The notes under the pieces: generated by a model
What the model saw: the letters and a program-made list of their open reading frames with translations, nothing else
Told to the model about the DNA's origin: nothing
The model's database searches: none
Shown: positions 26,399-38,409 of the stretch, piece by piece
Layout: the number at the start of each line of letters is the position of its first letter
Numbering within the stretch: position 1 is the stretch's first letter
Source: Lama glama
Taxonomy: Eukaryota
DNA: 64,000 nt
Reading direction: 5' to 3'
Assembly (NCBI GenBank): GCA_028534125.1
Contig: CM052828.1
Span: 5,208,001-5,272,000 of the forward strand
Made by a program: the position numbers and the translations under genes

Positions 26399-28389
26399 CC
26401 CTGAAAACCTCTGTGATGAATAAAGCAGTGACAAAAACGACAAAGTCTCCATACTCAGTGAACCTGTTATTTTAATCAAAAAAATAACCGAGCAACAGCT
26501 TTCAAGCATTTTCACAGCAGATCCTTTTTCTCCAAACTACATCCTCTGCCAAAGCCAAATATAAGCATCAGGCGAAGCTGGAGCCGCTCTTACTTAAGGG
26601 CAACGGGGTCGTGGAGCCCTGCTGGCTGACCCTGACCTCCCCCCAGGGCCCCGGGGCTCCAAGGACCCCCTAAGGTCCAGCCTGAAACACGCTGACCGAC
26701 AGCGGTCGTTACAGCACTGACACCCAGGAACCAGCTACGGGAGAGTCTGAAGTAAAGAGTGAAAAGCAGGGCAGAGGAACAGGAGCCAGACGAGCAGTCT
26801 GGGGGCAGGATGGAGACTGGCCTGGCCCTTGAACTTGAGAAACGGGAGGCTCCGTGAGTCAAAGGCAGACCCAGAACAGGTGCATCACGGGCCCGGTGCC
26901 GCGGCCGCCCCCGGGCACCGTCCCTCCGAGGGCTGCAGACCACACAGTGCCCGGGGTCTGCGCCACAAGGGAGCGGACACCCTCTCCCCCCAGCATGCCC
27001 TGCTGACCAGGCCCTGGGCGGGAGGCCTGGCCATCCAGGATGCTGAGAGGTCGGCACGAGCTAGAAGTGAAGCCAGGAATTCAAGAAGCCACCAGAGCGA
27101 AAAGACAAGGCTTTTCTGATGAGCAGATGGGACGGAAGAGCTGGATGAGGCTGAAAAAGCACAGCAGTCAGACACGAAAAAGACTACTTAGGGCTTACTT
27201 GTCAGTGAACTTAAAAAGCCAACGGCCAACGAAAGGCCTAAACAAATAACATTCCAGCACCAAAGAGCCGGCTCTCCTGCCGGGGTGCTGGCGCGCAGAC
27301 TGTACCTGGACTGTGGCGGGAAGACTGGTCACCCCGGCACCCGGGGAGCCTTGGGTCCTGGACTGGAGCTCAGACGTCTCAGGAGGGATGAGATGAGGCT
27401 TCAGGCTCCTGGGAGACAAAGGAGAGACTGTTAAACTGCTTTGGCCCCAGAACCTCCAAGCCTGTGGTCGTCACAGGGTGGAATGACTTGGTTCAGCTGT
27501 AACACCAACCGAAGCCAGGTGGTGGGGGCATCTCACCACGGAGATGGAGCAGCATTGGGTGGGGGCACCGCTGACTGGGCAGGGGAGACGCCGGGGAATC
27601 GGTGTGGGCGGCCTCCAGGCCAGAGGATCTACACATTATCTCCACTGACGTGTGATCGTATCTCAAGTAAGAATGACAGCAAAGGATCGTCTTGACAGAC
27701 GACTTGCACACGTTGAGGGCACAGAGATGGAGCTGCGAAAGCTCGGGGGCCGTGCGAGGGGCCCCGAGGGGAGTGAGTCCTCTCCTGACACTGGCACTGA
27801 GGGACTGAAAACCTTAGCTTCATCCTCAGGAAACAGCGGGACTCCCACCTGTGCGATGGCCACGCTTCCACCCAAGTTGACCCTGGCACGTGGCATCAGA
27901 GTCCCAGTGCACGGTACGCAGCCCTGGGGCGCTGTCCTAGCCAGCACTGCGTGTCCCTTCCCCTGAGACTTCAGGAAGGGCCACACACAGCTGTAGATGG
28001 AGGAATGCCCCCGTCATGACGAGCCTGCAGTCCCCGAAGGAATGGGATCGAGGGCCCAGAGTGGCCACTGAATGAGCGATGGGCACTCCCCCAAGGGGCA
28101 CCGAGGAAGAACCTCCCGGGCGAGTGGCACAGACAGTTCTTGTTCCCTCAATCGTCCCAGTTCTCCGCTGTACACACCCCTGCGCTCTCCTGGGGGAGGT
28201 CTAGTGATACTTCCTAAACACGATTTGCACCTAATGTGAGCCCACAGAGAATGACTGCTGAGCCAAAAACACACACGAAGATGCGAGTCAACAGCTAGAC
28301 TTTTATGACTTCAACACAGCAAACCAGGTTTCCAGGAACCCTGCTCCATCCCAACCCACAGCTTCCGTACATTCATTCTGCTTTAACAT

Positions 28390-28720
28390 CTCATTTTTTC
28401 CCATTTTCTACTTTGAAAATGAAAATGTCCAAACGTCTGGAAAAGTTAAATGAACATTTGCATACTCTTCGTCTACGTTTGCCAATATTTAACATTTGAC
28501 CACATTTGCTTTTTTTATATATATATAAGTTTACACTTTTCTCATGAACCATCTGATCGGGAGCTCTAATAGCTACCATGACACCTGACCCAAGAATTTT
28601 GGTAACTCCTAAGAATGACACTCACCTGAGTAATGGTAATGCCACTATCACACCAAAGAAACTGAACATTCGTTCAATAGCCTCTAAAACAGCCCATGTG
28701 ATATCAAATGTCCAAAGTTG
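28390..28720 (-). mobile_element. Old L1 (L1MC/ME-like) 3' fragment
   Basis: Degenerate antisense L1MC5-type motifs (aacatttgaccacatttgct, gaaccat, ctcctaagaa). Confidence 0.55.
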
Positions 28721-28943
28721 ACAACATATGGCTACTTGTCTATCATGTGCCACGTACCCCAAGAGCAGTGAGAGAAACGAGGATGAATGAGGCTCACAGC
28801 CCACAGATTCACTTGTGAGTCTGTCTTGGTAGAAGAGCAAGTCGTGGCTCCACCTGGAGACTCAGCAAGGCTCTGCAATCATGTGCTGCTTATCCAGCGT
28901 CCACACACAGTGGGAATGAAACATACGAACTGGGAGGCCTGAA

Positions 28944-29353
28944 TGTGACAGCCAGAACGATGCCCCCCAACCCCAAAATGTCCACATCCTACTTCCAGGA
29001 ACTTGTGACTGCGTTAAATGACACCACAAGGAGGAGGTAAGGCTGCAGAAGGAATGAAGGTGCTAATCTGCCGATCCTGGATGAGGAGACATTCCTGGGG
29101 TGGGTCTGATGGAATCACCGGGTCCCTGGAGGATGGGGGAGGAGGAGGCAGTGTCAGAGGTGTGGGCTGTGAGAGGCTCCATCAGCACTGCCGGCTTGGG
29201 CTGTCAGGGGACCCGCCCTAGAAGCCGAGAAAGGCCAGGGAGCAGGCTCTCTCAGGAGCACACCCTCCAGAACCTGGACTTGAGCCCAGGGAGACCTATT
29301 TTGGACTTTTGACCTCTAGAACCATTAGAGTAATAAATTTATGTTGTTTTAAG
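28944..29353 (+). mobile_element. MaLR LTR fragment (MLT1D-like)
   Basis: cccccaa...tgtccacatcct...gacctctagaac...taataaatttatgttgttttaag pattern of MLT1. Confidence 0.75.
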
Positions 29354-29377
29354 ACTTTTTTTTTAATGTAGAGGCTT

Positions 29378-29794
29378 GCAGCAATGTGGATGGATCTAGA
29401 GATGATCATATCCAAGTGAAGTAAGTATGACAGAAGAGCAAGTATCATATCACGTTTATGCAGAATCTAATAAGAAAAAAACCCCTGACACAAATGAACT
29501 TATTTGCAAAACAGACACAGACACACAGACACAGAAACATAGAAAATCAACTATGGTTATTTACCAAAGGGGAAGGTGGAGAGATAAATTAAGAATTTGG
29601 GATTAACATACACACACTACTATGTATAAAATGCATAAACAAAGACCTACTGTACAGCACAGGGAACTGTGTTCAGTGTCTTGAACATGAAAAAGAACAT
29701 ATGTATATGTATACAACAGAATCACTTTGCTGTTCGCCTGAAACTAACACAACATTGTAAATCAACTAGACTTCAATAAAAAATACCAAAAAAA
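29378..29794 (+). mobile_element. 5'-truncated L1 3' end (cetartiodactyl type)
   Basis: Typical L1 3'UTR (aaatgaacttatttgcaaaacaga...gacctactgtacagcacagggaact...aataaa plus A tail); direct repeat ATGTAGAGGCTT at 29366 and 29804. Confidence 0.88.
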
Positions 29795-29899
29795 GTTTTT
29801 TGGATGTAGAGGCTTAAAGCAAGGCTGGAAACTGTCAAAATGCTGAGGGCTGGGGTCCAAGTCATGGAGACTGGCCAGCAAGAGCCACGATTGGACCTA

Positions 29900-30691
29900 T
29901 ATTTTAGGAAGAAAACTCTGGAGTGAAAGGAACAGAACAATGGACGGCGTTTGTTGCCCATGGTAAAATTTAAGCTTTCAAGCAAAGAACACCTAGAATT
30001 TTGGAAAACTTGCATCTGTCACCAAGATCTCAACCAACAGCTCCCCAAAACTTAAAAGAGTTTTCTGACGACACTGGTGGTATTATTAACAAATGTGTTT
30101 TTCGAAAATTATTATATGATAAAATCTGTCAACATTTGGAAGATCTGGATAAGACAGTAATTCACTGAAACAGAATCACACACGGGTAAGCGGTTGATTC
30201 AAAGCACAAAACAAACCCATTTTAGGGTCCGAGAAGCTCCCTGACATGGTGTTAGATCCACGGGGAAACCAGCTGCCTTTGAGGCTTCGTGCAGCATCCA
30301 CAATTTTTTGAAAAGGCTACTGATGTACTCCAAGCACGGATCTGAGGCCACGTTTTCTTTATTTCAGCTAAAACCATACATCAGACGCGGGGGCAGTCAG
30401 AAGAATCAAGCAGCCTCCCATTAAGCTAAACACTAAGAGCTTTGTAAAGAGGTGAACACCACCACTCCGATTAGCTTTGTTTCGGAAAACCGCTGTTTTT
30501 CATTAAAATGTTTTATGTGGTTTTTTTTTATTGTTTATTGTTATTTTTAGCTGGACCAATACGTAACTATTTCAAGTCGTTTGAAATTTTAGCTTGTAAC
30601 GTGACACCTCTTGGTAGGTTCAGCGCCCGTCGTCCTCAACAGCCTTTGTGGGTGCAGGGGGTTCTGAGGCCCAGCAGTCTGAGAACCACTG
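29900..30691 (+). mobile_element. hAT-Charlie1 DNA transposon 3' fragment
   Basis: agaattttggaaaacttgcatctg...tgtcaacatttggaagatctg...; ends in TIR-like tgagaaccactg. Confidence 0.75.
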
Positions 30692-31730
30692 CGGGGTCCC
30701 CGCGGAGCAGACACAGCCACACTTAACAGAGGCGCCCATCAGGAAGGCTGCCCCTGCTTCTCCGGCAGGACCAGCAGCCCGACAGCCGCCATCCTCACCG
30801 CCCCCGTTTCCCTGTCGCGGTGGGGAAGCAGTCACTGCTCAGCGTGCGTGTGCAGAAAGGCAGGCCACGCGTCACCCAGGCTGAACCCTGCAGGACGGGA
30901 CGGACTAGAACGCACACACAGCAAGTGCATCCGTTAGTGCGCGCTTCTTTAATCCAAGAACATCCCCACCGATTTACCATATTTCTTCAGACCTGAAAAT
31001 TCACTTGTTAAAAAGAGGGTAGTGAGAATGCAACCTCCACCTCACACCGACAGAATCTGAGTTCACTTATTTCATAAACACAGCAAGCAGCATTCCACCG
31101 CCACCCGTGACGGGCTCCCAAGGGCACACGGCCCCCCACAGGCGTGGCCACGACACCACGTGGCTCTGCGGTGGGGACACCAGCACACTGGCGGAAATAC
31201 GTCCATGAAACAACCTGAGAACGTCAGCAGACACGTATCCACTGAATAATTTATAATCAAAAGGAATCAGGCCTTCTCATTAAATACACTGGCAGGAACT
31301 ACTAAAAATGTCTCCTGCTGTATTTTATTAAACATGATGCCCACCTCTGGGGCAGCTTAAACAGCTGCTGCTCCTGGGAACGCGTTTGTGTATCGTTCAC
31401 GTCACAAATATCCTGAGTGCCAGATACAGTTCTAAATTCACGGGCACAGCAGTGAACTAATTAAACCCAAACCCCTGCCTTGGCAGAGTTTACGTTCTCT
31501 GACTAGGAACATCTCTCTGAAACGTAAGGATGGCAGAAACATCAAAGGGAGGCGGCACGCCTCTGACCCCCTAAAGCAATTCCATGAAATTACTAGAAAC
31601 AAGATGAGCCCCAATTACACAAGCAAGCGCTCCAGCCGCGAGAAGGTCAGATACGAGGGTGACTGTAAGGAGTGAAGCTACAGGGAACAGTCAAGGCAGC
31701 TAGGGGAGTTGTTAAGTCTTCTGGCTCCAG

Positions 31731-31826
31731 CCGAGCACTGCGGCAAGCACAGAGCTCCCGGGGGGCGGCCACGAGAACACGAACAGCCGAGGCCCCTCCC
31801 AAGGGGATGAGTGGGGTGTCAGAATC
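31731..31826 (-). other. SLC7A1: Homologue of non-coding exon 2; acceptor intact, donor uncertain
   Basis: cctccttccag|GATTCTGACACC resembles the recalled human exon 2 start (GATTCTGAAACC); patchy similarity over ~95 nt. Confidence 0.5.
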
Positions 31827-33014
31827 CTGGAAGGAGGGTATCTGTAGTTTGAAAAAGCAAACACGAATTCCATTTTTTCTTTGGCGTGAACAGTTCTGAA
31901 ATTTCAGCCTGAGATTTTTGTTTGGTAAAAGCACGGACGAAGGGGCTGACGGCAGGAAGAAAGCGTTAGTACCTTTCCTGTTCCAGGAAGAGGGGGCTGA
32001 TGGACTTAAAACCGGAGTGTAGGCAGCAGCAGGGAGGGCCTCAGGCGCCACCCAAGGATCCAAAACCGTCCCAGAGACCCTCACACTTTGTTCCCTCTTT
32101 TCCCTCGTGAGCCTGGAGGACGGGCGCCAGGAACTGACCATCACAGCAGCTGCACCTGCCGCGCGCCGGGAGCTGGCCGCTCCGGAATGGTTTTCTGGAC
32201 CAGGGGGACCTGGGAGCCATCTCCTCTGTCCTTGACCCTTCCAGTCCTGAAGCTCTGCATTTTGGATTTATCCAGAAATGAGCAGACTGTCGTTAACCGA
32301 AATATACACTCACGAGGGGCAGCCCTGGCAGGTACCAGAAAGCAAGGGACGTTTACACATCGTGCCCCCGGCACCCCCACCCTCCTGCTGCCCACGGCTC
32401 TGCGATGGCAGCACTCACCCACCGCTTCTCAACGGAAGCGGATTCCAGCTGATGACAGGGGTCTCATGAGGAAGGGGTCTCCCAGCTAATGGTAATGGCT
32501 CCCCAGAGAAACTCATGGAATGGATTCCAGTGTCGACTTCAGAATGTGACTGTCTCATCTCTCCCCACAATTTCCCATGTACTCCCCCATTCCACCTTGA
32601 TTTGGGACCAATACCAGTTTCTGGCAACCCCTGAAGGCGGCAATAACATTTAAATATAAAAGCTGTGTGAAAGACTGCATTCTATATAAACATTTGTTGT
32701 TCTACAGCACTCATTGGGGGGAAAAATTTACAAACTCTAGAGGAAATGTGGTCAAGGAAGTGACATCGATATATTAATCCTACCCCGCAACTGTCAACAA
32801 TTAAAATTACCCCAGTCTATTCCACACCAAGGAAAAGACCGCTGGGCTCTCAACCTGATGATTCATCCTTTGAGATGCAAAATACTCCACGAAAGGCTAT
32901 GTGCACTGGGACTGGCAGGGAGGGTGACTCTTCCTCTCAGGCAGAAATCTCCTGGGAGGCTCCCCGGGGGAGGGGGCAGTGAGAGAGGCTGGGGGCCAAG
33001 ACAGGGCTGTAGGG

Positions 33015-33180
33015 CAGCGGCCGGGTGAGGACACCCCCAGGGACCACCTGGCCACGTGTGGAGACATCTCTGTGGCGTAGCTGAAGGTGGTGGCACTGGC
33101 GTCTAGTGTGTGGAGGCCGGGGTACAGCTGGACATCCTACAACGCACAGGACAGTCCCCACGACAGCCTTGTCCGCAGCG
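33015..33180 (+). mobile_element. MER20 (hAT-Charlie) fragment
   Basis: tggagacat...actggcgtctagtg...gaggcc...acatcctacaacgcacaggacag. Confidence 0.75.
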
Positions 33181-34519
33181 CCACCTGCCTTACTGTATGG
33201 AACTGTGAGAGCAAAATGTTCCGTGGACACATTTTCTGGAGTGAGTGGCTTAAAATTTTAAAAAAATATTTTATTATTTTTTAAAAAACTACAAATACTG
33301 TCTGCGAATAAGCGTGCATTCACAAGAAAGCAAAACCTCGTCACCACATCGCTGGAGAACCCTTGATGTCCCTGAACCAGGATGGAGAAAACTGAGAGGA
33401 GGGCAGATGATGGGAAAAAGTAAAAGATTCAAAACGGCGCTCAGGACGAGACAAGCCTCTCTTGTTGATCCGGGTTCTTTGGGTGGATCTGCTCTTGGGG
33501 ATCTGCTCAGGGTCACTGACCCCGTGTGTGATGGGGAGATGAGGCAGGGTTGGGGCTGCTGGGCGGGGCCCCTGGGAGAGGGGACTGGGCACCTTCCCGG
33601 GGTCTCCAGGTGTGCTCACAATGCCCCCCCATCTCCCAGGTGACACGCGGAGGTTCACAGCAGGTAAGGGACTCGGGCTGGCACGAAGCTCCCTCGCCAC
33701 TCTCCAAAAAGGTCCTCTTGTCACGAAAAAGGCCCTGCTTCAGTGTTTGTGCGGGAAGGACACCCCGACTTTGAGGTTCTGAAAGAGCACAAGGATGAGG
33801 CGTGTGCCGCGGGCAGGGGTGGCAGCTTCTTTCCCAGAAAGCCATGAACCCCTGTTTTTTTTTTTAACACCTGAGAATCTAAAAGACAAAATCTTAAGTT
33901 CTAAGAGTTGGAAAGGACCACGTGGCCACTGAACGCGGATATCCTCTCAGACTGTAAAAGGGAAAAAGAGCAGGGCGGGAGGACAGTGGGAGGAAAGCGG
34001 ACAGGGAGGCACGAAGAGGAGACTGACTTTCCATTCAGTCATTTCCCTCCCTGCACTTTAAATGCTCTCACCAACCATCCTCTGAATCCTACCCCTGGTC
34101 CAGCAATAATAAACACACGTCAGAAGTCAGGTATCTTCCCCGATGTTGGCGACAGTGACAACGATGGCTGATACTTACAGTGAGTGCCTGCTGAGTCCCA
34201 GTGCCCTCCGGTAAGGCACGGGTCACCGAACCCCCAGGCCCAGCCTCTGACATCTCCACAGCTCTCTCAACCCACTTCACTTACGGAAAAGCAGCGTCAC
34301 GAATTAGGCAGAAGGCGGAGCCTTGGCTCAAAAGTCGGCGCTCTAACTTAATCCACTCCGATGCTCCTGAATTACTTTCCATGCTACTGAAACTCTACAT
34401 GAGACTTATAAAGGGTCCCCCAGGGCAATGAGCCATAATGTAGTTATAATAAAACTTTAATTAGAAGCAAAGATGCTCCTCCCACTTTGCAAACACAGAG
34501 GCAAGGGGACAAGGAGGAA

Positions 34520-34700
34520 TGGCTTTTGAAGACGGCCTGGGTTTCGACCCCGGCTCACCTACCGACCACCTGAACGAGCCTGCATAGGTTATTCCAAACC
34601 CCACTTTCTTCCCTCCTGCATGAGGAAGCTGCTGCAAAGCTCACAGAATTGCTTAAAAGTAGTAAGAAATTGAGATCATGCATATAAATATATGAAGCAT
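34520..34700 (+). mobile_element. MIR SINE fragment
   Basis: ggctttt...cctgggtttcgaccccggctc...gagatcatgcatataaa. Confidence 0.5.
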
Positions 34701-35969
34701 TTCCTAGACTATATTGTTTGAGACTTTCTCTGAATAAGTGACGGAATTTCAGAAATGCTCTCTCTTCATTTCATCCTGTTTTCCAGCTGCACTGGCTTCT
34801 GGAATTTTTCTTCCAAATAGCTAATGAGTGACACCAATGGATAAATGCAGCCAAGGGGAGCTGCTATTTAAAGAAATCCTCCCATTTAAGGGAAGAATTG
34901 TTTGACGTGAATAATCAGCTCTTAATTGCGCGGTGTGTCAATATTTTAAAAGAATTATCTCATTAATGAGCTGCTGGGGTCAACCGTGACGCCTACCCTG
35001 GATCTGGATATTTGCCATTTCCAGCTGCCAGCAACTTAACCCTAGGAGTTTAATTAAATAGTCTCTGCCAGTGAGGAAGTGATGTACTGTTGGAAAGGTG
35101 AGAGGGCTACTCAGGAAATGTACGGCTACGATGCCAAAAGTGCAGGGTTTTTCTCCAAAATGAGCAGCAGAGAGGCCTGGGGGATTTCAGGATGGCGTCA
35201 CGGGGCGGTGGTCCAGGTGGAGGCTGGGCCGGGCGGGTGGAGGGAGGGAGGCAGGCACTCTTCGGACAGGACAGGGCATGGAAGAACACCAGGGGTCCCA
35301 GAGGGCGGGGACCAGCCTGCCAGGACGGGCAGAGGGAGTGGAGGTCGGGCCTCTGCTGCCCACCGTCCAGGCCAACCTTCTGCGAGACTTCTTGGCTCTA
35401 CAACGCTTTCCCCTGCCTTCATCCATGGCCCCTCATGCTCAAGGTTCCCTCCTTCCACCTGCCAGGGCCCAGGCAGGACCCCCGATTACCAGGAAAATAT
35501 GCTCTGGTGCTGCGGTCCCCGGGGAGGGGGGTCTCTCCCCAAGGCCCAGTGGGCGCCCCCAGGAGACAGACGCAGCCACCTCACCATCTCCTGCTCTGGC
35601 TCTTGGGCAGCCTCATCAAGTTGCCTCCTACCATCCCTGGTAAACAACACTTTTTATTTTTTAAAGCCACAGCACTGATGCAGAGACAGACCCTAGGGGA
35701 CCAAGGACCCTTCACTGGTTCCCACTCTTGAAGGGCAGCGAGTGGGCTCATTAATAACCCACCTCTTTGCCAAGTCAAGGTCACAGCTACCCACCTCTTT
35801 CTGGGGCCCATGCGCTGGTGTCCATTGTTTTGCCAAGGCCTGCGAGGAGGAATGCAGTGATGGTTGCACAACAAGGTGAGTGGACTGCATGCCACTGAAA
35901 TGTGTGCTTCAAAATGCACAGCTAAAGATACAACTCAAAAACTAAAAAGGTTCCCCAAAGGGTGAAAGC

Positions 35970-36490
35970 TTATGCCACAGGCCCCAGGCACTCCTAGATA
36001 CATAACCAACACAAAGGTAAGCAGAACACCTGCTACAGACGCTCAGGGCGGTGTCGTTCATCACAGCCAGACAGCGGCTGAACAAGCCAAGGGCCCACTG
36101 ACTGACGCATGGATAAACAAAACGTGGTCTATCCATACAAGGGAATATTATTCAGCCATAAAAAGGATGAAGTACTTGTTTACGCCACAATGTGGATGAA
36201 CCTTGAGAACATTATGCTAAGTGAAAGAAGCCCGTCACAGAAGTCCGCATGTTGTGTTAAGTTCGTGCATCTGAAATGTCCAGAACAGAGAGAGACAAAG
36301 CAGGCGACTGGCTGGGTTGGGGACAGAGGAGAGAACAGGGAGTTAACGCACCTGGGTCTCGTCCTAGGGTAATGAAAATTCTGCAAACGGTTGCCTAACT
36401 GTGGATATAATTTTTTAATTGAATTTATACTTTAAATGGATGTACTTTATGGCTTTAAATTATATTTAGTAAAGCTGTTAAAAAAAAAAA
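35970..36490 (+). mobile_element. L1MB-like 3' fragment
   Basis: atggataaacaaaacgtggtctatccatac...atgaaccttgagaacattatgctaagtgaaagaagc; poly(A) tail. Confidence 0.85.
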
Positions 36491-38247
36491 GCCAAGAAGC
36501 ATCTGATCCACAACGGCTTTTCCACTGAAGGCACCTGGGCAGACCCGACAACTTCCACACACGTCCCGTTGCTAAAGCAGCACTTTGTTCCATACATTTT
36601 TAATTCTGCTTTAAGTCAGAACTCCGCCACCTCTCCCCAAAATCAATAATTATAGCTCTGGTTGCAGTTGGTAAGACAATCTCCACTCTATCTACACAAA
36701 CTGCTTATTATATGTAAGAGTCATTTTGCTTTGAGAGTTTCAGGAACGTGAAATTAGCTGCTGTTTAACGCACCCTCCCTACACCCACTGCTTCGTCTTC
36801 TGCTGTTCCGTTAACACTGTGAACATGAGCTCCAGTTTCAATACACGGCTTAAATTTTCACGGTGACAGGGCACAGAATAATGAAACTGAGGAAGACTGA
36901 AACATGTGCTGGTCTAAATAACATACTTCACTTAAGCTTCTGGCTCACACCGAGTAGGGGAGGGGTGCCTCCACTCAGCGTCTGCGTACGGTCCAGGACC
37001 TCGGGGAAAACGGGATGGCTTTAACAGGGAATCCGATGAAAGTAAAAGATCATCTTGCAGCAAAAACCTGTGACCAAGTCCCTTGGCACTAGCACAGTAT
37101 TTTCTAAGACCATCAAGGTGCACAAGCCGGGTGAATAAATCAGTGAGGTGGGGAAGAGACATGCCCAGCTTGGGAAGCTGGAAGGAAAAACGCCTGGGAG
37201 GCAAATGTGGGGGATCTTCCTGCACTGAGTGCCCAGCCTTTTGTCTGCCCAGGCACCCCTGGCAGGTGAGTTCAGGCTGCCCTCCAGCTTTTACAAGCCC
37301 AGGGACAACTCCCTGTGGGCAGGTGTCTGCCCGCCCCTCTCCTCCCACGGATGCGTCCCTGGCGGCACGGCAGCTCCAGAGAAGCCTCAGAAGACGGATG
37401 AGCCTTGGATGTGACCAGGAGTGTGGCCCGGGCCCAGGACCCAGGAGCCTGCCTGCGCCAGCCCAGCAATTACCAAAGGGGATCGGGCAAGCACTCGCAA
37501 GCCTTGGCCTCAGAATTTCTGTACTTTGATGGGCTAATTTGTTCTCCTGGGGCTAAACCGCTGGCCGTGTGTGCAGTCCTACAAAGGGAGGCAGCCAGCG
37601 AAACGTCACGCAGGGAGTGGCTGAGCCGCTCTCCCAGGAGAGCGCACCGCGCACCTGCGGGCTCTTCAAAGATGGCTCTGTCCTCTCGTTTTCACCACCA
37701 AACTTACACCAAGTTTCTTCTCCAGGAGCTTTTTGAGAACATTTTCACTTGCAGGGAAGCAGTCCCAACAGGCTACACGTGAAGCAGAAGAGAATCAGGG
37801 CACGCTGGTGCCGGGAAGGAATCAGGAGATGATCTAAAACGTCCCAGCCCGGCCTTCCGGGACACCACCCTCGAGAGTCTTTGCTGGAATTTGTGTGGCA
37901 CACGTACTATTATTCATAATATTGTTCCTTAAAGGAATCCACCTTTTCATAAAAAATTTTTTAAAGAAAATTCTGTATTACCCTCATAAATGGAGCACCA
38001 CCAACAGCGATCTGACATCGGATATTAAACTCAGCCCCATCACCGACGGGAGGGCCATCTGCTTCCTGCAGGGACCCCGATGGGTGAGCCCTCCGGGGAG
38101 TGAGCCCCAGAGTGTCATGTCTGTTTCTCCTAATATTCGTAAGAATTAACATACTGTTAAGGTAACAGTGTTGGTCTGTGCTCTCCCTGAAATCATCGCA
38201 CACGCAGCATTCACTCAGCACAGCAGGGAAACAGGGGTCTGGTCCAT

Positions 38248-38409
38248 GAGCTGGCAAACCACAGCCCGTGGCCCATTTTTGCACTGACCTCGAGTTTCGT
38301 GAAGTTAGTTGTTTCTTGCTTTTTGTGAAGATTATTATTTGACATGCGTGGCCCCCAAAGCCTAAACTATTTGCTATCCAGCCCTTTTCAGCCCCGTTTG
38401 CTGAGCCCA
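38248..38409 (+). mobile_element. MER58-like hAT MITE
   Basis: ggcaaaccacagcccg...tggcccccaaagcctaaactatttgctatccagccctttt...gtttgctga. Confidence 0.65.

Noticed and set aside
36109-36372. ORF with L1-like peptide (YATMWMNLENIMLSE)
   Set aside because: Degenerate L1 remnant, not a functional gene
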